64,000 nucleotides of DNA from Christensenellales bacterium (GTDB lineage: Bacteria; Bacillota; Clostridia; Christensenellales; Aristaeellaceae), in NCBI GenBank assembly GCA_045111455.1, contig JBGUGL010000053.1:34592-98591 (forward strand), given 5' to 3'. The position numbers were made by a program, and so were the translations under genes. Each line of letters begins with the position of its first letter. Within the stretch, counting starts at the first letter, position 1. Below, piece after piece: positions 1 through 9,486 of the stretch. The notes beneath the pieces were generated by a model. It was not told the origin of the DNA, did no database searches, and saw only the letters and a program-made list of their open reading frames with translations.

Positions 1-1945
1 CGACCTGATGCAGCACATCAAGGGACCGGATTTCCCCACCGGCGGCCTGATCATGGGCTACAGCGGTATCCGGGCGGCCTATCACACCGGCCACGGCCGG
101 ATCACCGTCCGGGCCCGGACCAATGTGGAGGAAATGGGAGGCAACCGCAGCCGCATCATTGTGACGGAGATTCCCTACCAGGTGAACAAGTCCGTCCTGG
201 TCAAGAAGATCGCCGACCTGGTGCATGAAAAGAAAATCGAGGGCATCAGCGATATCCGCGATGAATCCAATGACCGGCAGGGCATGCGGATTGTCATTGA
301 ACTGAAGCGGGACGTCCAGCCGCAGGTCGTGCTGAACATGCTGTACAAGCATACCCCCATGCAGGAGAACTTCGGCGCCAATATGCTGGCGCTGGTGGAC
401 GGAAAGCCCCAGGTGCTGAACCTGCGGGAGATGATCTACTACTACCTGGAGCACCAGAAGGACGTCGTCACCCGCCGGACCCGGTTCGAACTGAACAAAG
501 CCCAGAACCGCGCGCATATTTTGGAAGGCCTGCTGAAGGCGCTGGATCATATTGACGAGATCGTTGCCATCATCCGGGCCAGCAAGGATACCAACACCGC
601 CAAGGAAGCGCTGATGCTGCGCTTTGAGTTCAGCGAAAAACAGGCCCAGGCCATCCTGGACATGCGCCTGGCCCGCCTGACCGGCCTGGAGCGGGAACGG
701 CTGCAGGAGGAATATGAGGAACTGGAGCGGACCATCGCACGGCTGACTGCGATCCTGGCGGACGAGCACCTGCTGATGGACGTGATCAAGACCGAGATCA
801 GCGAAATCCGGGATAAGTTCGGTGACGAACGGCGCAGCGAGCTGACCATCGCGGAGGATGATATCGATATTGAAGACCTGATCCAGGAAGAAAACATGGT
901 GGTCACCCTGACCCATGAAGGGTATGTGAAGCGTGTTTCCTCCTCCGTTTACCGGGCACAGCACCGCGGCGGCCGCGGCGTTTCCGGCATGAACGTGAAG
1001 GAGACTGACTACACGACCCAGATGTTCGTGGTCAGCACCCACCAGGAGATCATGTTCTTCACGAATATGGGCCGGGTTTACAGCCTGAAGTGCTACCAGA
1101 TTCCCGAAGCCGGACGCCAGGCACGGGGCACGGCAATCATCAACCTGCTGCATATTGTCAGCGGGGAAAAGGTTTCCACCATGCTGCCCATGCCGAAGGA
1201 AACAGAGGAAGAGCACAACCTGGTGATGGCGACCCGGAACGGTATGATCAAGAAGACTGCCCTGGAAGAGTTCCGCAACCTGCGCAAGAACGGCCTGATC
1301 GCCATTGCGCTGCGGGAGGGCGATGAGCTGATCGGTGTCCGGCTGAGCAACGGGGATGACGAGATGCTGGTTTCCACCCGGAAGGGCAAGTGCATCCGCT
1401 TCAACGAGCGGCATGTGCGTAACGTTGGCCGCAACTCCATCGGCGTGCGCTCCATGAGGATTGCCGAAGGCGACGAAGTCATCGACATTGCGGCAGTGGA
1501 GCCGGAGACCACCGTGCTGGCCATTACCACCAAGGGCTACGGCAAGCGGACCGATCCGGAGGAATACCGGGAGCAGGGCCGCGGCGGCATGGGTGTGAAA
1601 GCTATGCAGCTGACCGAGAAGACCGGCGACCTGGCTGCCCTGATGTTTGTCCATGAAGACGAGGATATCCTGCTGATCACGGACGACGGCACCATCATCC
1701 GGGCCAGGGCTGCGGACGTACGCCTGTGCGGTCGCGCTACCCAGGGCGTCCGCATCATGCGGCTGGCGGAAGGCAGCACCGTGGTGGGCGTCTGCCGGGC
1801 CGAGAAGGAAGAGGAAGCGCCGGATGAGGAAGTGACCGCAGAAGGCGCTGAAGCGACGGAAGCGGCTCCGGAAACCGCGGAGAACGCGGCCGAACCCGTA
1901 ACCGGTCCGGAAACGGACGCTCCCGCACCCGAAGAGAATCCCTGA
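1..1945 (+). CDS. gyrA: DNA gyrase subunit A (5'-truncated by window edge)
   Basis: GPDFPTGG, YQVNK, IRDES motifs; GyrA-box QHRGGRG (separates it from ParC); C-terminal pinwheel repeats and acidic tail; frame open from window start. Confidence 0.97.
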   Translation, partial: DLMQHIKGPDFPTGGLIMGYSGIRAAYHTGHGRITVRARTNVEEMGGNRSRIIVTEIPYQVNKSVLVKKIADLVHEKKIEGISDIRDESNDRQGMRIVIELKRDVQPQVVLNMLYKHTPMQENFGANMLALVDGKPQVLNLREMIYYYLEHQKDVVTRRTRFELNKAQNRAHILEGLLKALDHIDEIVAIIRASKDTNTAKEALMLRFEFSEKQAQAILDMRLARLTGLERERLQEEYEELERTIARLTAILADEHLLMDVIKTEISEIRDKFGDERRSELTIAEDDIDIEDLIQEENMVVTLTHEGYVKRVSSSVYRAQHRGGRGVSGMNVKETDYTTQMFVVSTHQEIMFFTNMGRVYSLKCYQIPEAGRQARGTAIINLLHIVSGEKVSTMLPMPKETEEEHNLVMATRNGMIKKTALEEFRNLRKNGLIAIALREGDELIGVRLSNGDDEMLVSTRKGKCIRFNERHVRNVGRNSIGVRSMRIAEGDEVIDIAAVEPETTVLAITTKGYGKRTDPEEYREQGRGGMGVKAMQLTEKTGDLAALMFVHEDEDILLITDDGTIIRARAADVRLCGRATQGVRIMRLAEGSTVVGVCRAEKEEEAPDEEVTAEGAEATEAAPETAENAAEPVTGPETDAPAPEENP

Positions 1946-1957
1946 AACTATTAAAAT

Positions 1958-1993
1958 AAGGGCCGTCCCGGAATGATCCGGGGCGGCCTTTTC
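1958..1993 (+). terminator. Intrinsic terminator after gyrA
   Basis: AAGGGCCGTCCCGGA-ATGA-TCCGGGGCGGCCTT hairpin followed by TTCT. Confidence 0.75.
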
Positions 1994-2054
1994 TGTATGG
2001 TTCCATTGTATATATGATCCCGGAAACCGGATGAAGGTCTCCGGGACTGCGGTT

Positions 2055-4148
2055 CTACGGGGCAGCTGTTTCAGCTGTCCTGCACAGGCTGTCCAGTTCA
2101 GCAACAAACTGATCATCGGTCAGGCGGCCTTCCAGCAGATTGTCAATAACGGTGCAGAAGGTCTGTTCGCCGCCGAAGAGCAGGCGGCCTGCTGAAAGAT
2201 CGGGAATGAAAAGCCGGGGCGCAATCTCTTTTTTATAGAACGCAATATCTTCAGGCGAAGTATAGTATTCATCGGGCCCTTCGGCCAGGTATTCCATATG
2301 CTCATCCAGCTGTTTCTGATATTTCGCCCGGTCCTTTTCCCCGGCGTCAACCAGCTGTGCATCCAGCGCTTCTTTCTCTGCTGTCCATTCCCGGATGAAC
2401 TCACTGTAACCTTCATACCTGACGGGCTCGGTATACGCGGGATACAGCTGAAGCTTCTGTTCCGGAGTATACTGCGCCACGCAGGCTTCCACATAGGATA
2501 TGGCCAGATCCATATGGGTGCTCATCGGGTTAATCACATAACAATCCACTGAGACAGGAACAGAGGAAACAGGTTCTCCTTCCAGCGACAGCAGCATGTT
2601 CTGACGGTCTACGATCGGGCTTTGACAATTCAATTCAAAGAACATGCGATGACCGTTTTCCTTTTTTGCTGACGCTGCGGTCTGCCTGCACTTCTGCAGC
2701 AGTCCGCGGAATTCATCCGTATCGAAGGTTACCGGCTGCCGGCGGATGACGCTTTCAGTAATGACCGTTTTCACCAGGTCTTCCAGAAGGTATGGGGACG
2801 CATCGCCGAAGAACGGCATGAACCTGCCATGGCCTTTGAACGGAGCCTGTTTCCAGTTCAGGATGAAATCATAGAACCCGTCACAGGTGGACGGAAGATC
2901 CTCCGGAGAGAATTCCGCGAGAGCCAGATTGGAAGCATAGTATTTGGTGAAGCGGCCGTGGATTTCACAGGGAACAGCCAGCAGCCTGCCATCGGGCATC
3001 ACTGTATCAAGGAGACGGGGTTCCATCTGCCGCACAGCTTCAAGCAGGGAAGTGCTGCGCGAAAGGTCCGCCAGGCATCCTTTTTCAGCCAGGGCAGGAA
3101 GATCAATATCGGATGTGCTGATTCGAAGGACGTCATATTCCAGCTCACCGGAGAGCATCTTCCGGTACAGTTCATCAAAATCCGTGCTGTAATCGTACAG
3201 GCGCTCCTTCCGGACTTCAGTTTCCGGATGTTCGCTGTGGAAAGCGTATTCGCCTTTGTCCTGCATCCTGATATCCAGCACGGTGAGGGATCCGGTGCTC
3301 TCCCGGGCTTGCCGGATACTTTTGCAGGCAAGCATGGAATCCCTGGCATTTACCAGCAAATCGTTATCAACCAGAAGGCTGTTGATCCGGTTGTTGTGTG
3401 TGACGGGCATATACATGATGTGTTCGATGCTTCCGTCAGGCATACGTCTGCTGATCTCTTCCCTGTCATTCCAGATCAGGCTGTCATCCTGCATAACAAA
3501 ACCATTGGCGGCCCGGGGCAGGACAGCGGCTTTTTTCAGTTTTCCGCTTTTCCAGTTAAAGGAGGAAAGGACACGGCCCTTTTCCCCAGCCTGGACAATC
3601 CAGATGGATCCGTTTTCTGAAACGCCGTATTCGTGGAAGTTCTGAATGGAGCGGCAGGTCAGTTTCTGTTTTTCCAGGTCAAATCTGCACAGGCATGCAC
3701 CGCCCGTTTCACCCGGATTCATCATCCAGAACAAACCGGAAGCAGTGTTGCTGACATTGAAGATTTCCCAACCTTCCCTGGCATGTGTAATCTTTTTGAA
3801 ATCCGGAATAACGAACCCGTCCAGAGGCGCTCCGTGGGCGCTTTCGCCGACTCCGACAAACTGACAGGCATCTTTTCTGATGGTATAGAGAATGCCGTCC
3901 ACAGCAAAAAGGCCGCTGTAGTCCGGTGCGGCATAGCCGCTGTCATACAGCTCCAGCGTGTTACTGTCCGGCTGACAGGCATACACCTGCCCGCGGCCGG
4001 TGCGCACATAAACCGTACGGTCAATGCTGGTTATATCCCATATTCTGCCGCTGTCTTCCGGCAGTTCAATGATGTCCGCTGCTGCGGTTCCGGCCAGGGA
4101 AAGCAGGCAGACTATTATAAGACAAAGGAGTAAGGGTATCTTTTTCAT
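2055..4148 (-). CDS. Secreted protein: N-terminal beta-rich domain plus extracellular solute-binding-like domain
   Basis: Signal peptide MKKIPLLLCLIIVCLLSLAGTAAA after AAGGAG SD; C-terminal half (..GCLADLS..DGRLLAVP..YVINPMS) resembles ABC solute-binding proteins. Confidence 0.6.
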   Translation of the reverse strand: MKKIPLLLCLIIVCLLSLAGTAAADIIELPEDSGRIWDITSIDRTVYVRTGRGQVYACQPDSNTLELYDSGYAAPDYSGLFAVDGILYTIRKDACQFVGVGESAHGAPLDGFVIPDFKKITHAREGWEIFNVSNTASGLFWMMNPGETGGACLCRFDLEKQKLTCRSIQNFHEYGVSENGSIWIVQAGEKGRVLSSFNWKSGKLKKAAVLPRAANGFVMQDDSLIWNDREEISRRMPDGSIEHIMYMPVTHNNRINSLLVDNDLLVNARDSMLACKSIRQARESTGSLTVLDIRMQDKGEYAFHSEHPETEVRKERLYDYSTDFDELYRKMLSGELEYDVLRISTSDIDLPALAEKGCLADLSRSTSLLEAVRQMEPRLLDTVMPDGRLLAVPCEIHGRFTKYYASNLALAEFSPEDLPSTCDGFYDFILNWKQAPFKGHGRFMPFFGDASPYLLEDLVKTVITESVIRRQPVTFDTDEFRGLLQKCRQTAASAKKENGHRMFFELNCQSPIVDRQNMLLSLEGEPVSSVPVSVDCYVINPMSTHMDLAISYVEACVAQYTPEQKLQLYPAYTEPVRYEGYSEFIREWTAEKEALDAQLVDAGEKDRAKYQKQLDEHMEYLAEGPDEYYTSPEDIAFYKKEIAPRLFIPDLSAGRLLFGGEQTFCTVIDNLLEGRLTDDQFVAELDSLCRTAETAAP

Positions 4149-4193
4149 GAATTTGCTCTCCTTACATTCTGATGAATACAAGATTCGAAATGG

Positions 4194-5339
4194 TTATCTT
4201 TTGAGTTCGATGACCGGAGCCGGCGCTTCGTCCGGACCAGCGTTATCATCCGCCAGCTGCATCCATATGCGGCCCGGGATACTGTCCGCGGCAATCTGGC
4301 TTGCAATGCTGACCCGGGGCCAGTGATCCGTATTGATTTCATAACTCATGTTCATTCCTTCTGGATATTCTTCTCCGTTTTCATCCAGCCAGACGGGGTA
4401 CAGCTGGACTTCCAGGAATTCATCCTCTGTCATACCGTCCCGGGCGGTGAAATCCGTATAGATGTATATGCCGGAAGCTGTTTTTTTCGCGCTGACACTG
4501 TCCAGGTGCAGGCCGAAGGCTGTATAGTCTTCCTTTGCATGATATGTGACCGGATCTCCGGGAAGCGACATGGGAACCAGGATATCCTCATGGGAATAAC
4601 CGATCTCCTTCATATCCCCGGTTTTCGGGTCGAACTCATTGACCTGCAGCCACAATTCCATGGGCAGGGGATCCGGACATCCGTCCGGTGTATACACTTC
4701 CTTCATGCTGAAGTATACGAGACAGCCCTGATCATCATACAGGGAATCCATCATCCCGCCGCCGAAATCATGCGGTTCCCTGCCGTGGAGATTCGCGTGA
4801 GCCCAATACAGGGGACAGTTCAGCTGCCGGGCGGCGTTCAGCCAGGTAGTGTCCGGATCCAGGCCGAGCCGGCGGGCCAGGGCTTCGCCGTTTTCCCCGT
4901 TTGAACCAAGGGAGGAATCGGGAGAATAATCATCGCAGAACAGCGCCCCGGAGCCGTCAGCAGTGGTGATCAGTGTGGACGCCCATGCCTCCTGCCCGTC
5001 CGTATAGAGACTCTGAACGGTAAAGGATACGGGTCCCAGGATAAATGTCTGTTCCTTCGTGCTGTTCATGATTTTCTGCGCTTCTTCGGGCACAGAATCG
5101 GTACTTCCGTAGAATATTTCAAAGAAATCAACCCAGCCCAGTTTTTGGGTGGCGGCAATGGCCATGGCTGTTGTGACCAGAAGAATACAGGCGGTAATCA
5201 GGACGGTCCTGAAAGTAATCCGTCGCACGGGTTCTTCCTCCTTCACGGAGCGAACAGCTGTCATCAGCGCGTCATGGCATTTGGCAGGCGTCGGTTTGAA
5301 AGAATCCCGCAGGTTCAGGTTTTCCATATCGCGCTTCAT
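4194..5339 (-). CDS. Putative membrane-anchored anti-sigma factor (DUF4179-like)
   Basis: Short cytoplasmic N-terminus, single TM (TVLITACILLVTTAMAIAA), large external domain; overlaps the ECF sigma stop codon. Confidence 0.7.
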   Translation of the reverse strand: MKRDMENLNLRDSFKPTPAKCHDALMTAVRSVKEEEPVRRITFRTVLITACILLVTTAMAIAATQKLGWVDFFEIFYGSTDSVPEEAQKIMNSTKEQTFILGPVSFTVQSLYTDGQEAWASTLITTADGSGALFCDDYSPDSSLGSNGENGEALARRLGLDPDTTWLNAARQLNCPLYWAHANLHGREPHDFGGGMMDSLYDDQGCLVYFSMKEVYTPDGCPDPLPMELWLQVNEFDPKTGDMKEIGYSHEDILVPMSLPGDPVTYHAKEDYTAFGLHLDSVSAKKTASGIYIYTDFTARDGMTEDEFLEVQLYPVWLDENGEEYPEGMNMSYEINTDHWPRVSIASQIAADSIPGRIWMQLADDNAGPDEAPAPVIELKR

Positions 5340-5797
5340 TCCGCTTTCAGCTCCTTTCTCAATGCTTCTTTACCCCGGCGAAGTCGTCCCTGAAGGGTGG
5401 CCAGGGGAATCCGCAGCACGGCGGCCGCCTCCTCATAAGTCATCCCTTCCGAATAGCAGAGGACAAGGGGCAGCCGGAGCTTTTCCGGCACGGCTGCCAG
5501 CGCAATCGCCAGGTCCGGGTCCGGAGCGGAAGCACAGGACTGTTCGGGAATACTGTCCAAAGGAACGGTTCCGCGATGCTTTCTTTGTGCGTCGTAACAC
5601 ACGTTGATCAATATACGGGTGATCCAGGTGCGGAAGTATTTTTCCTCCTTCAGTCTGTTTCTTTTTTCCCAGGATTTAAGGGCGGCATCCTGCAATGCGT
5701 CCTGCACATCGTCATCGTTCCGCAGGATCGACCAGGCAACCCGGTACATCATGTCCGAGCAGGCTTCGATCTCTGCGATAAAGAATCCCTTGTCCAC
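5336..5797 (-). CDS. ECF RNA polymerase sigma-70 factor
   Basis: Region 2 (MYRVAWSIL..DALQD..FRTWITRILIN) and region 4 (YSEGMTYEEAAAVLRIPLATLQGRLRRG); GTG start after AAGGAG. Confidence 0.92.
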   Translation of the reverse strand: MDKGFFIAEIEACSDMMYRVAWSILRNDDDVQDALQDAALKSWEKRNRLKEEKYFRTWITRILINVCYDAQRKHRGTVPLDSIPEQSCASAPDPDLAIALAAVPEKLRLPLVLCYSEGMTYEEAAAVLRIPLATLQGRLRRGKEALRKELKAE

Positions 5798-6018
5798 AGT
5801 TCCAGCTCCTTGCTTTGCTTTGTAACGTTACACATATTAGACGGATAAAAAGGGAAATTCCGGACGCGGAATGAAAAATAATTTCTGCGGGGACGGTTTT
5901 CCCCTGCTCCCGTCAGTCTGTACGGACGGATGAGGCTCCCGCTGATCCTGTATAAGCATCAAAAAAAGCTGTCCCTGAATGATCCTGTCGGATTGTCCGG
6001 GGACAGCCTCTTTTATAT

Positions 6019-6537
6019 TCAGATTTTTTTCTGCAGCCACAGCAGATCGTACCACCGGCCGAATTTCTTCCCGATGCCCTTCATGCGGGCAACCTGGCTG
6101 TATCCCATTTTCTGATGAAAATGAAGGCTGTCATGGGAAAGGTATTCATCCTCCTTTTCACAATAAGCCACCCCGGCCAGGAGGTTGATGATTCCCCGGC
6201 TGCGGAGTTTTTCCTCCAGGACTTTGTACAGCAGGGAACCTGCTCCCTGCCGGCGGCAGTCCCGGTCAAGATAAATGGAGACGGCCGCCGTCCAGCTGTA
6301 GGCTTCCCGGGGACTGTATGCGCCGGCGTACGCATAGCCGATGACTTTATTCTCCTTCATGCAGACCAGGTAAGGGTATTTTTCCGTTGTTTTCCGGATC
6401 CGTGCCTCAAACTCTTCGACAGAGGGTACAGTATATTCAAAGGAAACGGCGGTGTTCAGCACATACCAGGAATAGATCTCCGCCAGCCTTGCAGCATCTT
6501 CCGGCCGGACTTCCCGGATCAACAGTTCATTATTCAT
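6019..6537 (-). CDS. GNAT N-acetyltransferase, phosphinothricin acetyltransferase (Pat/YncA/ArsN1-like)
   Basis: IYSWYVLNTAVSFE, YPYLV, GYAYA, GKKFGRWYD motifs typical of PAT family; start re-assigned to MNNELL. Confidence 0.85.
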   Translation of the reverse strand: MNNELLIREVRPEDAARLAEIYSWYVLNTAVSFEYTVPSVEEFEARIRKTTEKYPYLVCMKENKVIGYAYAGAYSPREAYSWTAAVSIYLDRDCRRQGAGSLLYKVLEEKLRSRGIINLLAGVAYCEKEDEYLSHDSLHFHQKMGYSQVARMKGIGKKFGRWYDLLWLQKKI

Positions 6538-6985
6538 CAGCACATCTTCCCCCGATGATTTTTTCCAGAACATCCATCGCGCCGGCCACCAGCTGCGGGC
6601 AGCGTTCCCTGAACAGGTTGTTTTCCCGGGCGCAGCGGTATCCTTCAGGGGTTGATATATCACAACCGAGGATCTCCCTGCACAGGCAGGAACCGCAGGC
6701 TTCCGCAAAGCCTTTCATCATCCTGTCGCAAACGTCTTTTTCCAGCTGCAGGCTGCTTTCATCGGAAAGGTCAACCCGCCCGTAAAGGGAACCCAGCACC
6801 ATCAGCGAGCCGGAGCAGGCACCGCAGACCTCTCCCTTGCGCATACCGCTTCCGAAACAGGCGCCGAGCTTCAGGGCCTGCTGCTCCGACAGGCTGCACA
6901 GGTCCGCATAGGCGGCCAGGACAGACTGGGAGCAGTGGTATCCCCGGCTGAAATAATCCAGGGCTTTTTCCCGACGTGTCATCAT
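6530..6985 (-). CDS. C-GCAxxG-C-C family putative redox-active protein
   Basis: GYHCSQSV, GEVCGACSG, GSCLCREILG, F.ERCP motifs. Confidence 0.88.
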   Translation of the reverse strand: MMTRREKALDYFSRGYHCSQSVLAAYADLCSLSEQQALKLGACFGSGMRKGEVCGACSGSLMVLGSLYGRVDLSDESSLQLEKDVCDRMMKGFAEACGSCLCREILGCDISTPEGYRCARENNLFRERCPQLVAGAMDVLEKIIGGRCADE

Positions 6986-7422
6986 TTACATTCACACTCC
7001 GTTTTCCCGCAGGCTTCATTATAGAGCCGCAGCGCCTCCAGGACCTGTTCCCGGCGGCAGGGTTCCAGGTGCGACAGGACGGCTTTGAATTTTTCATACA
7101 TATCGTTTTCGATACGGCTGAATCGGGCTGCTCCGCTGTCTGTCAGGGAAAGGACCACGCTCCGCCGGTCCTCCCTGGAGGGTTCCCTGTTTACATAGCC
7201 CTTCTGTACCAGTTCCTCCACGCCCCGGCTGACGCCGCTTTTGTCCAGCCGCAGGATTTCAGCGAGCTCCCGGATACAGATGCCGGGCTTCCGGCCGATT
7301 TCCACCAGGAGAAAACACTGGGATTCATTGATGCCGCACTGGCAGCAGTCGGAACGGTTGATCCGGGCCAGATGGCATTCCAGTTCCCGGGTATATTCAC
7401 GCAGAAGCTTTACCTGATCCAT
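6982..7422 (-). CDS. MarR family regulator with Cys cluster
   Basis: wHTH (IRELAEILRLDKSGVSRGV..EDRRSVVLSLT); DCCQC near N-terminus and CECK at C-terminus. Confidence 0.88.
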   Translation of the reverse strand: MDQVKLLREYTRELECHLARINRSDCCQCGINESQCFLLVEIGRKPGICIRELAEILRLDKSGVSRGVEELVQKGYVNREPSREDRRSVVLSLTDSGAARFSRIENDMYEKFKAVLSHLEPCRREQVLEALRLYNEACGKTECECK

Positions 7423-7446
7423 GGCTCCATCCTCCTTTTGACAGAA

Positions 7447-7476
7447 AGCATATCCAAAACGGTTGCAAAAGTCAAC
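7447..7476 (-). promoter_or_regulatory. sigmaA promoter of marR operon with overlapping palindromic operator
   Basis: TTGACT-17 bp-TATGCT on minus strand; GTTGCAAAAGTCAAC quasi-palindrome overlaps the -35. Confidence 0.6.
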
Positions 7477-7588
7477 AGTTTATTTTATCAACTATTTGAA
7501 CACAGGAATTTTCACGGGACACAGCGAAAGATAACCCCGAACAGCGACAGAAAAATGACCTGCAGGCCGGGAGACGGTTTTGCACCCC

Positions 7589-7620
7589 TTAAGTTTCATT
7601 TTAAGTTTCTCCGGTATGAT
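7589..7620 (+). promoter_or_regulatory. Direct repeat (possible response-regulator site) and -10 box for ABC exporter operon
   Basis: TTAAGTTTC at 7589 and 7601, then TATGAT at 7615; no good -35. Confidence 0.4.
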
Positions 7621-7663
7621 GGCGGACGTACCCCGGGGATACGATGGAAAGGATGACCGAAAA

Positions 7664-8788
7664 ATGGCGGAAAAAATGAACAACACGGCTGCTGAAAGCA
7701 GTGAAACCAAAAACGCGGCCGCGGAAACCGCAGATAAGAAAAAAAGGAAAGGCCGGAAACGGAAAACCGTGAAGCGGATCATCTGGCTGCTGGTGATCCT
7801 GCTTGTGATCGCGGTTGCCGGCTGGAGCGTATACAGCCGGCTGATGGCTGAATACCGGATTACCTATGATCCGTATACCGCGACCACGGGCAGCATTTCC
7901 AACTCGCTGTCCTTTACGGGCAGCATACAGCTGATCAACAGCGCCACCTATACCGCGGGTTCGGACAGCAAGGTCCGGGAGATTTATGTCTCCGAGGGGG
8001 ACCGGGTGAAGGACGGGGACAAGCTGATGCGCCTGTCCGGCGGCGAGACGGTGGAAGCGGAGTTTGACGGAACCGTCAGTACCATCGACGTGGAAAAGGG
8101 CGATGAGGTAAAAACCGGGGACACCCTGATGACGGTGGCGGATTTCGATCATATGACGGTTTCGGTCCGTGTGGGAGAAAGCAATATTGCCCAGGTGTCC
8201 CGGGGACAGAGCTGCCGGGTTGCCGTTCCCTCCGCCGGGGTAACGTTTGATTCCGTGATCGACAAGATCGACCATGTGGCCTATACCGGCAACAATGTGG
8301 CTTATTACACCACCACGGTCAAGGTGGATGCCTCTGAAATCAAAGATATCTGGCCGGGAATGCAGGCAACGGTGACTGTGCCCCTGGAAGAGGCGGAAAA
8401 CGTGACCGTGCTGAAGATGGAGGCATTGAGCACCGCAAGGGACAACACTGCCTTTGTATACAAGGAAAACGCGGATGGGGAGATGGAACAGGTCCCCGTA
8501 ACCGTTGGCGTGAGCAACGGCAATTATGTGGAAATCAAAGAGGGCGTCTCATCCGGTGAGACCGTCTATAAGGTTGCGGAAAAGCAGGAAGAGCTTACAG
8601 GGCTGGCCGCGCTGTTTTCCGGCGCTTTCACCAATACCCGGGTGAACCGGAATACCCGGAATAACTGGAACAGCTGGAACAGCCAGAACGGCGGCAACAT
8701 GCCCGACTTCGGAAATATGCCCGGCGGAGAATTCCCCGGCGGAAACAGCAACAGCAGAAACGGAAGCGGCGGATCACGGGGGAACTGA
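7664..8788 (+). CDS. Efflux membrane-fusion/adaptor protein (MacA/YknX-like)
   Basis: Basic N-terminus plus TM, biotinyl-lipoyl-like repeats (VSEGDRVKDGD, VEKGDEVKTGD), VTVGVSNGNYVEIKEG; Asn/Gly-rich tail. Confidence 0.85.
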   Translation: MAEKMNNTAAESSETKNAAAETADKKKRKGRKRKTVKRIIWLLVILLVIAVAGWSVYSRLMAEYRITYDPYTATTGSISNSLSFTGSIQLINSATYTAGSDSKVREIYVSEGDRVKDGDKLMRLSGGETVEAEFDGTVSTIDVEKGDEVKTGDTLMTVADFDHMTVSVRVGESNIAQVSRGQSCRVAVPSAGVTFDSVIDKIDHVAYTGNNVAYYTTTVKVDASEIKDIWPGMQATVTVPLEEAENVTVLKMEALSTARDNTAFVYKENADGEMEQVPVTVGVSNGNYVEIKEGVSSGETVYKVAEKQEELTGLAALFSGAFTNTRVNRNTRNNWNSWNSQNGGNMPDFGNMPGGEFPGGNSNSRNGSGGSRGN

Positions 8789-8790
8789 CG

Positions 8791-9486
8791 ATGGCGGAAG
8801 AAGTATTCTTTCAGATGCGGGAGATCGACAAGATCTATCCGCTGGAGGGGGAAAACGTCCATGCCCTGAAAAAGGTATCCCTCTCCCTGCAGGAAGGGGA
8901 TTATCTTTCCGTGCTGGGACCCTCCGGCAGCGGGAAAACGACCCTGATGAATATCATCGGCTGCCTGGACACGCCCACCTCCGGGGAATATATCCTGCGG
9001 GGCAGGGAAGTGGAGGAGCTGGACGAGCAGGAACTGGCAGCGCTGCGGAACAAGGAGATCGGCTTTATTTTCCAGAATTCCCAGCTGCTGCCCCGGCTGT
9101 CAGCCCGCAGGAACGTGGAGCTGCCGCTGATTTACGCAGGTGTCCGGCCGAAGGAACGCCGGGAACGGGCTGAAGCCATGCTGGAACGTGTAGGCCTGAA
9201 GGACCGGATGGATCATATGCCGAACCAGCTGTCCGGCGGACAGCAGCAGCGGGTGGCCATTGCCCGGGCTATGGTGGGGAACCCCTCCATCCTGCTGGCG
9301 GACGAACCCACCGGCGCCCTGGACCAGAAGACCGGCGCCCAGATTATGCAGCTGTTCCGGGAACTGAACGAGGAAAAGCGCACAGTAATCATGATTACCC
9401 ACGACCTGAAGATTGCCTCCAACGCCCGCCGGGTGGTGCATATCATCGACGGGGAAATCTCGGAAGGGGGGCTTCGGGATGCTTAA
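8791..9486 (+). CDS. ABC transporter ATP-binding protein (MacB/LolD-like)
   Basis: Walker [34 protein letters not shown]. Confidence 0.95.
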   Translation: MAEEVFFQMREIDKIYPLEGENVHALKKVSLSLQEGDYLSVLGPSGSGKTTLMNIIGCLDTPTSGEYILRGREVEELDEQELAALRNKEIGFIFQNSQLLPRLSARRNVELPLIYAGVRPKERRERAEAMLERVGLKDRMDHMPNQLSGGQQQRVAIARAMVGNPSILLADEPTGALDQKTGAQIMQLFRELNEEKRTVIMITHDLKIASNARRVVHIIDGEISEGGLRDA

